Shown here piece after piece: positions 29,939 to 40,377 of a stretch of 64,000 nt of DNA. The notes under the pieces are model-generated. The model had not been told where the DNA came from, did not search any database, and was given only the letters and a program-made list of their open reading frames with translations. Origin of the DNA: Obrimoposthia wandeli (lineage: Eukaryota); assembly GCA_977020255.1 (NCBI GenBank), contig CDROCS010000506.1, positions 2,728,001 through 2,792,000 of the forward strand. Direction: 5' to 3'. Position 1 is the stretch's first letter; each line of letters begins with the position of its first letter. Position numbers and translations under genes: made by a program.

Positions 29939-30692
29939 ATTGAACCTAGATGAATTATTAACGTTAGATAAGGCTAGTCAGAGAGCAGCTTTAACAGTGG
30001 TTAATGCTCAGCTAGAGGAAATGACTGCACAGCAGCGTGTCGATTGGGCTGTAACAGAATTAGGAGACAAATTAGTATTGTCATCGAGTTTTGGCATCCA
30101 AGCGGCAGTTTGCTTGCATTTATTAACCCAGTTTAAAGCTGATATTCCGGTTATTTTAACCGATACCGGGCACTTATTTCCCGAAACATATCAGTTTATT
30201 GATGAATTAACTGAGCAGCTAAACCTTAATTTACAGATATATACTGCGCCCCAGTCAGCAGCTTGGCAGGAATCGCGTTATGGTAAATTATGGGAGCAGG
30301 GTGTCGAGGGCATTACTCAATACAATGTGCTTAATAAAGTTGAACCAATGAAACGTGCGCTAAAAGAATTAGGTGCACAAGTATGGTTCTCTGGTTTACG
30401 ACGCAGTCAGTCATCAAGTCGTGAAGCATTACCTGTTTTGTCTATTCAAAATGGCTGTTTTAAATTTTTGCCGATTATTGATTGGACTAACAAAGAAATT
30501 CATTACTATTTGCAAGATAACGGCTTAAGTTACCATCCGTTGTGGGAGCAAAATTATGTATCTGTTGGTGATGTGCACACATCACAGCCACTGCAAGCTG
30601 GCATGACAGAAGAAGAGACACGCTTCTTTGGTTTAAAGCGTGAATGTGGTTTACATGAAGAAAGTGAAGAAGTCGGTGGTAGCGGTATTTAA
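29931..30692 (+). CDS. cysH: PAPS reductase
   Basis: [38 protein letters not shown]. Confidence 0.96.
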   Translation: MAKLNLDELLTLDKASQRAALTVVNAQLEEMTAQQRVDWAVTELGDKLVLSSSFGIQAAVCLHLLTQFKADIPVILTDTGHLFPETYQFIDELTEQLNLNLQIYTAPQSAAWQESRYGKLWEQGVEGITQYNVLNKVEPMKRALKELGAQVWFSGLRRSQSSSREALPVLSIQNGCFKFLPIIDWTNKEIHYYLQDNGLSYHPLWEQNYVSVGDVHTSQPLQAGMTEEETRFFGLKRECGLHEESEEVGGSGI

Positions 30693-30765
30693 TCGCTAAG
30701 CCATCTCCAGTTTATCTCGTTGACTTATTTCTTGGTTAATAAAGCTTAGTGCTGATTCGTTGGTA

Positions 30766-31170
30766 CTAAGCTTTTTGCCATTCAGGAATAACGTTATCAA
30801 TCGGCGCTGCTTCTGGTGTCGGTTGGTTTTGCTCTTTTTTATCTTCTGCTGTTGATTTCTTGGCTTCATCTAATTCTTTTTGCAACTCTTCTACTTTTTG
30901 CTTGGTTTTATCCCAGCCGGATTCTGCACCTTGTTTTAAGGATTCGAACCACTCGTCGCTGTTATCCGCACTATTTTCTAATAGCTCATCCGTTTTACCT
31001 TTCGCGGCTTCCATTGCTTTATTTGTTGCTTCTTTGGTTTTATCCCATGCTTCTCCCATCGCGTCTTTAGATGCATCCCACGCATCATCGGCACTCGTTG
31101 CTTGCGCCGTAAATGTCGAAAAGCAACTGGCTAGGCTGATTATTAAAATGGACATTTTTTTCATCATCAC
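30766..31170 (-). CDS. Secreted hydrophilic protein with 11-residue helical repeats
   Basis: Signal peptide ending AQA. Units AWDASKDAMGE, AWDKTKEATNK ... GWDKTKQKVEE. Confidence 0.75.
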   Translation of the reverse strand: MMMKKMSILIISLASCFSTFTAQATSADDAWDASKDAMGEAWDKTKEATNKAMEAAKGKTDELLENSADNSDEWFESLKQGAESGWDKTKQKVEELQKELDEAKKSTAEDKKEQNQPTPEAAPIDNVIPEWQKA

Positions 31171-31327
31171 TCGCTTATTGTTTAAATAGGATCACTTATA
31201 TAACTAAATTGTAGCAAATATTGCTGCGGTGCGTCATCCCTCAATAGATATACAGCTGTTATTACAGTGATTCGGCCAAATAGTAATTGTTACGTGTGGC
31301 CTATCGAATCGTATTGATGAAACGGTT

Positions 31328-31768
31328 TTACTGGTGCAGTAAGAGGGCGATGGCATCAATTTTGTATTTAGCGATTACGACGAACAAGAGTGTGATAAAG
31401 GCGAGCAGTGTGCCACATATCCCGGCTACTTTACCTTGTAACCAAGTTAGCATGCCGATGGAGATGATGAATAAAAACAGGGCTGCGCTAGCGGATGTGG
31501 TGCCAATCGCGCGTACTTGACTGATTTTATCCAATACAGGGGCCGAGAAGGTGGTTATTGTTGCCACTTCAATACTCAAACGAACATCGATATATAAGGC
31601 GACAACAAACAATAAAGAAGTCAGGGTAAACATGAGTAGGGTGATGCTGCTGTAGATGCTTTTGCGATGGCTTCGTAAGATTTGAGCGGCGATAGATAAA
31701 GAAAAACCAGCCATTAAGCCACTGATAAAAGACACTTGGTTGGTTTGGAGTTCGAGAATTTCATTCAT
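31328..31768 (-). CDS. Hypothetical 4-TM membrane protein
   Basis: 146-aa ORF with four hydrophobic segments and no recognised motif. Confidence 0.7.
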   Translation of the reverse strand: MNEILELQTNQVSFISGLMAGFSLSIAAQILRSHRKSIYSSITLLMFTLTSLLFVVALYIDVRLSIEVATITTFSAPVLDKISQVRAIGTTSASAALFLFIISIGMLTWLQGKVAGICGTLLAFITLLFVVIAKYKIDAIALLLHQ

Positions 31769-31855
31769 AGGCGCTCACCATTAATAGACGTCATAGGAGG
31801 GTGCTATTAACGTCATGTTAGTATGATATTGACGTTATATTAGTATGTTAGCCAC

Positions 31856-31883
31856 AAAAAAGCCAAGTACGAGACTTGGCTTT
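31856..31883 (-). terminator. pepD terminator
   Basis: agccaagt-acgag-acttggct with an A run on the + strand. Confidence 0.75.
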
Positions 31884-31939
31884 GTGATAGCTGTTGAAGA
31901 CTCAACGCAAGTGAGTCAATCGGTATAGCGTGTTTGCGC

Positions 31940-33397
31940 TTACTTAGCAGGGATCGCTTTTAAGATCGCTTGTAAGTATTTCCAGAACATGCCGACTGTT
32001 TCTATGTTCACTTTTTCGTCTGGAGAATGTGGGAAACAGATGGTAGGGCCAAATGACGCCATGTCCATTGTTGGGTATGAAGTCTTGAATAAACCACATT
32101 CTAGACCTGCATGGATAACCATGATTTTTGGTATAGAGCCAAATTCTTTTTCATATACATCACGCATGATCTGCATTACTGGTGAACTTGTATCTGGTTT
32201 CCAACCTGGGTAAGCACCGCTAAATGTGACTTCGGCACCCGCAAGTTCAAATACTGATGCGATCATTTCTTGTGCATCAAGACGGCAAGAATCAGCTAAA
32301 GAACGGATCAAACATTGAATGTGCACGCTTTTACCGCGAGATTGAATAACACCAAGATTAGATGATGTTTCAACAACACCTTCAATCTCATCACTCATGC
32401 GCATAACACCATTGAATACACCGTTCAGTGCAGCAATAAGGCGAGTTTGGCAATCTTGAGTCATCACGACTTCTTCATTTGGAACAGGGATGAGTGAGAT
32501 TGAAAAATCAGGTTCTGTCGCTATAAGTTCTTTTTTAACGGCTTTAGCAAAGAACTCTAAACACGCTTTAAACTCTTCACGCTGTGTCGGCGCAACGGTA
32601 ATAACCGCAAACGCTTCACGTGGAATGGCGTTACGTAGTGAGCCGCCATTTATCTCAACCAGGCGAACGCCCATATCACGACCAGCTTCTTTTAAGAAAC
32701 GAGCCAGTAATTTATTGGCATTACCACGACCAAGGTGAATATCAACACCCGAGTGACCGCCTCTTAGACCTGAGATAGAAATTTCAAATGTTTGGTGACC
32801 GGTCGGTGTGTCTTCACGTTCGATAGGGAAAGATACGGTAGTATCAATACCGCCAGCACAACCCATGTAAACTTCGCCTTCGTCTTCTGAATCTGTGTTT
32901 AGTAGGATCTCACCTTCTAACCAACCCGCTTCAAGACCAAATGCGCCTGTCATGCCTGCTTCTTCATCGATAGTCACGAGAACTTCAAGCGGACCATGTT
33001 CGATGTTGTCTGAGAAAATAACAGCAAGGCTTGCTGCTAGACCGATACCATTATCAGCACCTAATGTGGTACCGCGTGCAGTTACCCATTCGCCGTCAAC
33101 ATAAGCATCGATTGGGTCTGTCACAAAGTTATGTTCAGTGTCAGAATTTTTCTGTGGAACCATGTCCATGTGTGCTTGTAAAACAACACCTTTACGGTCT
33201 TCCATACCCGCAGTGGCCGCTTTACGTAAGAAAAGGTTACCGACTTTATCTTCTTTGCATTCGATATTATGATCTTTCGCTAATTGTTGGATCCACGCAG
33301 AGACTTTCTCTTCATGTTTTGAAGGGCGTGGGTTAGCACACATTTGCTCAAAAATATTCCAGACAACTTGCGGTTCTAAATTACTTAAATTTGCCAC
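31940..33397 (-). CDS. pepD: Aminoacyl-histidine dipeptidase (M20C)
   Basis: LQAHMDMV, TTLGADNGIG, DEEAGMTGA, IHAGLECGL, HSPDE. Confidence 0.96.
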   Translation of the reverse strand: MANLSNLEPQVVWNIFEQMCANPRPSKHEEKVSAWIQQLAKDHNIECKEDKVGNLFLRKAATAGMEDRKGVVLQAHMDMVPQKNSDTEHNFVTDPIDAYVDGEWVTARGTTLGADNGIGLAASLAVIFSDNIEHGPLEVLVTIDEEAGMTGAFGLEAGWLEGEILLNTDSEDEGEVYMGCAGGIDTTVSFPIEREDTPTGHQTFEISISGLRGGHSGVDIHLGRGNANKLLARFLKEAGRDMGVRLVEINGGSLRNAIPREAFAVITVAPTQREEFKACLEFFAKAVKKELIATEPDFSISLIPVPNEEVVMTQDCQTRLIAALNGVFNGVMRMSDEIEGVVETSSNLGVIQSRGKSVHIQCLIRSLADSCRLDAQEMIASVFELAGAEVTFSGAYPGWKPDTSSPVMQIMRDVYEKEFGSIPKIMVIHAGLECGLFKTSYPTMDMASFGPTICFPHSPDEKVNIETVGMFWKYLQAILKAIPAK

Positions 33398-33723
33398 TTT
33401 GGTAGCTCCTTAATTGGAATTAATCATTATATTTAGCATGATACAAAGGATGTTCCAGTTTATTGCGATAGTAAAGAGGAATATGCCAAATGGACTGTGT
33501 TAATCTATAGTTCTGCGATACCGTAAACAAGTTGTTGTTTTATCCTGCTCCTTAAGAGGTAATCTTCAGCTGATAACTTGTCCTCGGGGTCAAGTACTGG
33601 TATCTTTACGGGTTACAAATTGAGTGTGCAAATGGCTATTTTTTTTGTGCATAAACCCGTCGTTGATGATTTTATATTGCTACACATTAGTGCATTCGCT
33701 AAGTGTATACAGAGGTTGGTTAA

Positions 33724-34185
33724 ATGAGTGATAAATTTATAGTATCTTGGGATGATTTACAGCGTGATACGCGTAAACTTGCTCGTAAGCTTCTTCCTGC
33801 AACACAGTGGAAAGGTATTATTGCGGTAAGCCGTGGTGGTTTAGTTCCTTCAGCAATTCTTGCGCGTGAATTAGAATTACGTCATGTTGATACTGTATGT
33901 ATCTCAAGCTACGACCACGATCATCAGCGTGATATGACTGTATTAAAATCAGCTCCGGGCGACGGCGAAGGTTTTATTATTATTGATGACTTAGTTGATA
34001 GCGGTGAAACAGCGAAGAAAATTCGTAGCATGTACCCTAAAGCTAAATTTGTAACTGTTTATGCTAAGCCACTTGGTGAGCATTTAGTTGACGATTTTGT
34101 TACTCGTATTAGCCAAGACACTTGGATCGAGTTACCTTGGGATATGGCTATTGAGTTCGTAGAACCAATCTGTAAACAAGGTTAA
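33724..34185 (+). CDS. gpt: Xanthine-guanine phosphoribosyltransferase
   Basis: [29 protein letters not shown]. Confidence 0.96.
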   Translation: MSDKFIVSWDDLQRDTRKLARKLLPATQWKGIIAVSRGGLVPSAILARELELRHVDTVCISSYDHDHQRDMTVLKSAPGDGEGFIIIDDLVDSGETAKKIRSMYPKAKFVTVYAKPLGEHLVDDFVTRISQDTWIELPWDMAIEFVEPICKQG

Positions 34186-34426
34186 TTAAATAATCGAGAA
34201 TATACGTCAGTCTGTATTCTCGTTGTTAAACAGTGTCGTAAATCGCGACGCTGCATTTTATTAGTATTATCATCTGTTAAAATCAAGTTAATTAGTCGTT
34301 TTGTTTGCCCTGCCATTATTGTTAACTATACTTACTAGTTATCCCCTGACATTTATAGTGAATTATTTATAACGCTTAGCTCATCACGTCTCGCTTATCA
34401 CGAACAACTAATGAGAGATAATCATT

Positions 34427-34837
34427 ATGGTAATACCGACTGACCCAAACCTGATTTATTTTCGTAAACGTATTCGTATTTTAAATGCGCTCGGACCTTA
34501 TTTAAGAGAGCATAATTGCCAACCGACTCATTTTTATTTTGATTGTTTTAGTATTTGTATCGATGCCAACGCAGAGCCTGAAGAACGCCAATTTTATGGT
34601 TGGTGGTTAGAAATGGATTTAGTGGATAATACCTTTGAATATCACTATCAGTTTGGTACCTACAATAAAGCTGGTGAGTGGATAGTAACGTCAATCCCTA
34701 AAGCATTTCAGCAAGACGTGACACAATCGCTTAATGCCTTTTACGAAAAACTATCTGTTTGTTTAACAGAGCAATTACACTTCAACCTTAAACCGTCCTC
34801 TATCTTAGCTAAAACCCTTATATTGTCTGCAGCATAG
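34427..34837 (+). CDS. crl: Sigma factor-binding protein Crl
   Basis: LGPYLRE..C....FYFDC.SIC.D....PE.RQFYGWW; synteny with gpt and proB. Confidence 0.88.
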   Translation: MVIPTDPNLIYFRKRIRILNALGPYLREHNCQPTHFYFDCFSICIDANAEPEERQFYGWWLEMDLVDNTFEYHYQFGTYNKAGEWIVTSIPKAFQQDVTQSLNAFYEKLSVCLTEQLHFNLKPSSILAKTLILSAA

Positions 34838-35024
34838 CATCCTCATTATGTTGTTATTTTCATCAATTCTATCCGATCCTGTGGTTTGCGAATAAATGCC
34901 ACGTGCGATCTGATAAAAGTGCAGTGTTTCGCTGTACTTTCCCCGTCTATCAAGCTTTCCGCTATTGTATAAAAGTGTTTCTCAGGTCAAAATACTGGTT
35001 AAGTTAGTAACGAGAATGAGTTAA

Positions 35025-36128
35025 ATGGCTAAGAAAACCATCGTGGTGAAGTTAGGAACCAGTGTATTGACCAGCGGCACGTCTAAAATAGACCGTGCGC
35101 ATATGGTTGAATTGGTTCGTCAGTGTGCACAGTTGTACAAACAAGGGCATGACATTATTGTTGTCACATCAGGCGCAATCGCGGCTGGACGTGAGCATTT
35201 AGGCGCCCCTGAATTAGCCCCCACCATGGCGAATAAGCAGATGTTGGCCGCTGTCGGTCAAAGTCAGCTTATTTTTACTTGGCAAAGCTTATTTAATATC
35301 TACGGCCTGAATGTCGGCCAGATGTTGTTAACACGTGCAGATCTTGACGATCGTGAACGATTTTTAAATGCGCGCGATACCATGCGTGCATTATTAGATA
35401 ATCGCATTGTGCCAATTATTAATGAAAATGATGCGGTAGCAACAGCTGAAATAAAAGTTGGCGATAACGATAATTTATCCGCGTTAGCAGCGATTTTAGC
35501 CAATGCCGATACCTTGATATTATTAACCGATCAACAAGGTCTGTTTACCGCTGACCCACGTAATAATCCCGATGCAAAATTGATTGAAGTGGTTGATGTG
35601 ATTGATGATAAATTACGTCAATTAGCAGGTGGTTCCGTGGGTGGTCTGGGTACGGGTGGCATGGCGACGAAGTTGCAAGCCGCAGAGATTGCGTGCCGCT
35701 CGGGTATTGATGTGGTGATTGCTGCTGGTATTGCTGAAGACGTGGTATTACGGGTTGCTGACGGCAAGCGTGTTGGTACTTTATTCCCTTCGCATATCAG
35801 CCCATTAGAAAGTCGTAAACAATGGATCTTAGCGGGCCCGCCACCATCCGGTATCGTCATTATTGACGACGGTGCTGTGAATGCGGTAACGCAAAAAAAC
35901 AGCAGTTTATTACCGAAAGGTATTACCGAAGTTTCAGCAACATTTAAACGTGGTGACGTGATCCAGTTGCAATCATTGCAAGGTAAGTTACTTGGACGCG
36001 GTATCTGCCGTTATACCAGTGATGAGCTTGCCACAATTGCTGGCTGTCATTCGTGTGATATCGAAAGCAAGTTAGGTTACGGCTACGGTGCTGTTGCTAT
36101 ACATCGCGATGATTTAGTTTTATTTTAA
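35025..36128 (+). CDS. proB: Glutamate 5-kinase
   Basis: [31 protein letters not shown] and a PUA domain. Confidence 0.97.
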   Translation: MAKKTIVVKLGTSVLTSGTSKIDRAHMVELVRQCAQLYKQGHDIIVVTSGAIAAGREHLGAPELAPTMANKQMLAAVGQSQLIFTWQSLFNIYGLNVGQMLLTRADLDDRERFLNARDTMRALLDNRIVPIINENDAVATAEIKVGDNDNLSALAAILANADTLILLTDQQGLFTADPRNNPDAKLIEVVDVIDDKLRQLAGGSVGGLGTGGMATKLQAAEIACRSGIDVVIAAGIAEDVVLRVADGKRVGTLFPSHISPLESRKQWILAGPPPSGIVIIDDGAVNAVTQKNSSLLPKGITEVSATFKRGDVIQLQSLQGKLLGRGICRYTSDELATIAGCHSCDIESKLGYGYGAVAIHRDDLVLF

Positions 36129-36138
36129 GGAAGATAAC

Positions 36139-37395
36139 GTGTTACAAGAATTAGGAAAAAAAGCCAAGCTTGCGAGTTACGAATTAGCAACATTAACCAC
36201 GACGCAAAAAAATAACGCATTGGAATGTATTGCTTGTGAATTAGAACAAAACCAAGCACAGATCTTGGTCGCGAATGCGCAAGATATCAATGCTGGTAAA
36301 GCCAATGGTTTAACCGATGCGTTACTGGATCGACTATTATTAACAACAGCAAGACTTGCAGCGATTATCGCTGATGTACGCAGCGTTATCGCACTACCTG
36401 ATCCGGTTGGCGCAGAGTCAGAAGGTAAGGTATTAGAAAATGGTTTGCGTTTATCAAAACGTCGTATTCCGTTAGGCGTGATGGGCGTGATTTATGAAGC
36501 GCGTCCTAATGTAACGATTGATATTGCTGCGTTAAGTTTAAAAACAGGTAATGCCGCTATCTTACGTGGCGGTAAAGAAACGGTTCATTCAAATGTTGTG
36601 TTAGTTGATGTCATTCAAGCAGCATTAGAAAAAGCACAATTACCAAAAGATGCAATTCAAGTAATTGCAGATCCAGACCGTGCGTTGGTGACTGCATTAT
36701 TGAAAATGGATAAGTATGTCGACATGATCATCCCACGTGGTGGTCCTGGTTTACATCGTTTATGCCAAGAGCAAAGTACTATTCCGGTGATCACTGGCGG
36801 TATGGGTATTTGCCATGCATTTGTTGATGCATCAGCTAATGTTGAAGATGCACTGGCGATTATTGAAAATGCCAAGGTACAACGTCCTTCTGCTTGTAAT
36901 GCATTGGATACGGTATTAGTACATAAAGATATTGCAGCGAGCTTCTTGCCATTATTAGCGGAACGTTTAGAGCAAAATGCAGTGGAATTACGTGCTGAAC
37001 CAAAAGCACACATTGCCTTATCAAACGTTAATGCGAAAAACGTGCATGTTGCGACTGCTGATTGTTTTGATCAAGAATGGCTAGCGTTGGTATTAGGCGT
37101 TAAAGTGGTTGATGATGTTGAAGAAGCAATTGTACATATCCGTGAGCATTCCACAGAACACTCTGATGCGATCTTAACGGATAATCTAACCAATGCGACA
37201 CGTTTCTTGAATGCGGTTAACTCAGCGGCTGTTTACGTGAATGCAAGTACGCGCTTCACCGATGGTAGTCAGTTTGGTTTAGGTGCTGAAGTAGCTGTTT
37301 CAACGCAAAAATTACATGCACGTGGCCCGATGGGACTCGAAGAGTTAACGACTTATAAATGGATTGCAATTGGTGATGGTTTAATTCGCCCGTAA
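36139..37395 (+). CDS. proA: Gamma-glutamyl phosphate reductase
   Basis: [35 protein letters not shown]. Confidence 0.97.
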   Translation: MLQELGKKAKLASYELATLTTTQKNNALECIACELEQNQAQILVANAQDINAGKANGLTDALLDRLLLTTARLAAIIADVRSVIALPDPVGAESEGKVLENGLRLSKRRIPLGVMGVIYEARPNVTIDIAALSLKTGNAAILRGGKETVHSNVVLVDVIQAALEKAQLPKDAIQVIADPDRALVTALLKMDKYVDMIIPRGGPGLHRLCQEQSTIPVITGGMGICHAFVDASANVEDALAIIENAKVQRPSACNALDTVLVHKDIAASFLPLLAERLEQNAVELRAEPKAHIALSNVNAKNVHVATADCFDQEWLALVLGVKVVDDVEEAIVHIREHSTEHSDAILTDNLTNATRFLNAVNSAAVYVNASTRFTDGSQFGLGAEVAVSTQKLHARGPMGLEELTTYKWIAIGDGLIRP

Positions 37396-37443
37396 GCTTT
37401 GTAGTGCTAATTTGATTAGTCGTTAGAATTTGATTAAGTGCTA

Positions 37444-37475
37444 AGGCAGTCCGGTTATGTGTGACTGCCTTTTTT
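37444..37475 (+). terminator. proBA terminator
   Basis: aggcagtc..gactgcct-T5. Confidence 0.8.
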
Positions 37476-37506
37476 ATATTCGCTAAGGAAAAATGTGGGA
37501 GAACTT

Positions 37507-38241
37507 ATGACTCAACAAGATGGAAATAAAGTGGCGACACGATTTAATACATCGACGGTATTCGCTGCAGCCTTGATTGCAGCTAGTTTAAGTTACTTTT
37601 CCTATGCGGTGCTGAATTTAACCAAAGAAGTAAGCGAAGTGCGTAAAGCGCTTCCTGATATATTAAAGCAAGTTGATGATATTTCTGTGCAAATACCAGC
37701 TATCGTTGCACAAATTGAAATGATAAATACACAAAACATCCCCAATATACTTACTGAAGTGGCGGCTGTGCGTGATAGTGTGCCTGTCATTTTGGCTGAA
37801 ACCGAGGCCATCCGTGTAGCGATACCAGCAATTTTACAAGAGGTGGAAGCGGTTCGCCTTTCTGTACCGGCGATTTTGTCTGAGGTAGCAGCGGTTAGAG
37901 CTGAACTACCTGCGGTATTAAAACAAGTTAATGCAGTTAACAAGCAGATACCAAGCATTTTAACGCGAGTGGATGCGGTCAATAAGCGCGTAGATGATAT
38001 TAACCTATTGATCCCACCTATTTTGACTCAGGTAGAGAAAATACGTGTGGATATACCGCCGACATTAACCCGCGTTGAAGCTTTGGTAGACGCCAGTGAT
38101 CAGATTGGTGAAAATGCGTCGAAGGGTGCAACAAAAGGAGCTATTAGAGGTGTTTTAGAGTTACCGGTAGATGCGACGAAACGTTTATTTACTGCGCCAG
38201 GTTCTTATTTTGAGAAAGAAGCAACGAAGGCAACCGAATAA
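37507..38241 (+). CDS. Membrane-anchored protein with about ten 14-residue repeats
   Basis: One N-terminal TM helix followed by [IVL]PxILxEVxAVRxx units. Confidence 0.75.
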   Translation: MTQQDGNKVATRFNTSTVFAAALIAASLSYFSYAVLNLTKEVSEVRKALPDILKQVDDISVQIPAIVAQIEMINTQNIPNILTEVAAVRDSVPVILAETEAIRVAIPAILQEVEAVRLSVPAILSEVAAVRAELPAVLKQVNAVNKQIPSILTRVDAVNKRVDDINLLIPPILTQVEKIRVDIPPTLTRVEALVDASDQIGENASKGATKGAIRGVLELPVDATKRLFTAPGSYFEKEATKATE

Positions 38242-38316
38242 AAGTCATCAAAATAAATTAAAGCTAACAGAGGAACCAAGGATCCGTGTTAGCTTCAATT
38301 CAATACAGGTTAAGAA

Positions 38317-39282
38317 TTAAGAAACTGCTTTACCTTGTGCTTGTAAGTCAGCGTGGTAAGACGAACGTACGAATGGACCACAAGCTGCATGCTCAAAGCC
38401 AACTTCTTTCGCTAATTCGCCTAGAGCATCAAAGTCATCTGGATGAACGTAACGTTTCACTGGTAAGTGATGGCGGCTAGGTTGTAAATATTGACCTAGT
38501 GTCAGCATCGTTACATCGTTCGCGGCAAGATCACGAATTACTTCTGCAATCTCTTCGTTAGTTTCACCTAAGCCCATCATCAGACCTGACTTAGTTGGTA
38601 CTGTTGGGTGCATTTCTTTAAAGCGTTTTAATAAACGTAAAGACCACTGGTAATCAGAACCTGGACGCGCCATTTTGTAATGCTGTGGTGCAGTCTCTAG
38701 GTTATGGTTAAATACATCTGGTGGTGTATCTTTAAAGATTTCTAATGCTTTATCCATACGACCTTTGAAATCAGGAACCAAAATTTCGATTTTGATTTCA
38801 GGATTCAATAAGCGGATTTCACGAATACAATCAGCAAAATGCTGAGCACCACCGTCACGTAAATCATCACGATCTACAGAGGTGATAACCACATATTTAA
38901 GCTTCATTTTAGCAATCGTTTGCGCCAATTTAAGCGGCTCTTCTTGCACGAGTGGTAATGGCTTACCATGGGCAACATCGCAGAACGGGCAACGACGTGT
39001 ACAAATTGCACCCATGATCATAAAGGTGGCTGTACCGTGGTTAAAGCACTCAGATAAATTCGGACATGACGCTTCTTCACAAACTGAATGTAGGTTGTTT
39101 TCACGCATCACGTTCTTAATTTCTTGGATACGAGCAGAGCTTTTCGGTAGACGGATTTTCATCCACGATGGCTTACGCAGAATTTCATCAGTATCAGAAG
39201 CAATAATTTTTACTGGAATTTTAGCCATCTTATCTGCGTCGCGAAGTTTAACGCCAGGCTCTAATCGAACTGTTTTACTCAT
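38317..39282 (-). CDS. lipA: Lipoyl synthase
   Basis: [26 protein letters not shown]. Confidence 0.98.
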   Translation of the reverse strand: MSKTVRLEPGVKLRDADKMAKIPVKIIASDTDEILRKPSWMKIRLPKSSARIQEIKNVMRENNLHSVCEEASCPNLSECFNHGTATFMIMGAICTRRCPFCDVAHGKPLPLVQEEPLKLAQTIAKMKLKYVVITSVDRDDLRDGGAQHFADCIREIRLLNPEIKIEILVPDFKGRMDKALEIFKDTPPDVFNHNLETAPQHYKMARPGSDYQWSLRLLKRFKEMHPTVPTKSGLMMGLGETNEEIAEVIRDLAANDVTMLTLGQYLQPSRHHLPVKRYVHPDDFDALGELAKEVGFEHAACGPFVRSSYHADLQAQGKAVS

Positions 39283-39946
39283 GCTCTGTTAATCCATCTT
39301 TGAAAGTTAATTGGGTGTATTCTAGCAGGGAACATAGGTGTTCGACTAGCTTAGGCTGAACTTCTTCTAAGCTGGTAGCACCACCTAGATCACTTGTTTG
39401 GGTCATTTCCATACCCGCATAACCGCAAGGGTTAATACGCAAAAATGGTGATAAGTCCATGTTTACATTCAAGGCTAAGCCATGAAATGATCGACCTTTT
39501 CTGATTCTTAAGCCGAGCGAAGCAACTTTTTTGTCAGCCACATAAACACCTGGTGCGTCTGGGCGAGGGTAGGCTTCAACACCAGATTCTGCCAATGTGG
39601 CAACAATACCGTTCTCAATATGAGTCACAAGTGCACGAACGCCGAGCTTGCGACGCTTAATGTCGAGTAAGAAATAAACCACTTGTTGGCCTGGACCGTG
39701 ATAGGTCACTTGACCACCGCGATCGGCTTGTACAACGGGGATATCACCTGTGGCAAGTATATGTTCAGCTTTACCAGCTTGACCTTGGGTAAATACTGGA
39801 TCATGCTCAACAAACCAAAGCTCATCTTCAGTGCTTTCGTCTCTGTTTTCAGTAAATGCTTTCATCGCGTCAAATACAGTGCTGTAAGGTTGGCGATTAA
39901 GTTGACGAATTATAATGCTATGTTCTGACAAAATATGTTCTTCCAT
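39275..39946 (-). CDS. lipB: Octanoyltransferase
   Basis: [39 protein letters not shown]. Confidence 0.97.
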   Translation of the reverse strand: MEEHILSEHSIIIRQLNRQPYSTVFDAMKAFTENRDESTEDELWFVEHDPVFTQGQAGKAEHILATGDIPVVQADRGGQVTYHGPGQQVVYFLLDIKRRKLGVRALVTHIENGIVATLAESGVEAYPRPDAPGVYVADKKVASLGLRIRKGRSFHGLALNVNMDLSPFLRINPCGYAGMEMTQTSDLGGATSLEEVQPKLVEHLCSLLEYTQLTFKDGLTEHE

Positions 39947-39963
39947 CTGATTAACAGCAACGC

Positions 39964-39998
39964 AAAAAATCTAATTAGAAATACTAATTAGATTTTTT
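39964..39998. terminator. AT-rich hairpin between ybeD and lipB
   Basis: aaaaaatctaattag-aaata-ctaattagatttttt, a perfect 15-bp inverted repeat. Confidence 0.6.
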
Positions 39999-40014
39999 AT
40001 ATTGCTATTATTTA

Positions 40015-40284
40015 TTATAAAACGCGGACCACACCTGGGATCGCACCAAAAGCGATGTATAAGCTTTCTATTTGATCTTTATCTTGTACTTTAACTGTGA
40101 TGGTTACAGAGTTGTATGTGCCTTTACTGCTCATTCTAGAGCTAGGTGCATAGTTACTTGGTACATATCCCTGCGCCACTGCAACAATGTTATCTTTTAG
40201 TTTAGGATCGTTACTACCGATAACTTTAAAGTTCAATAGACAAGGAAAATCAAGTAATTCGTCGAATTTGGTATTTAAAGACAT
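40015..40284 (-). CDS. ybeD: YbeD / DUF493 protein
   Basis: LLDFPC...FKVIG, SSKGTY.SVTI, V..VL; synteny. Confidence 0.9.
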   Translation of the reverse strand: MSLNTKFDELLDFPCLLNFKVIGSNDPKLKDNIVAVAQGYVPSNYAPSSRMSSKGTYNSVTITVKVQDKDQIESLYIAFGAIPGVVRVL

Positions 40285-40377
40285 TAGTTTTTCTCGTACC
40301 TTAGAAATAATGGCAAAGGAGGCTGTTGCCTCCTTTGTATTGGTCATTATAATCGGGTAACGGTGTCAGGGAAAGGA

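Noticed and set aside
38286-38480. 64-aa ORF after the 14-mer repeat gene
   Set aside because: Mostly antisense to the lipA 3' end and starts within a terminator-like hairpin
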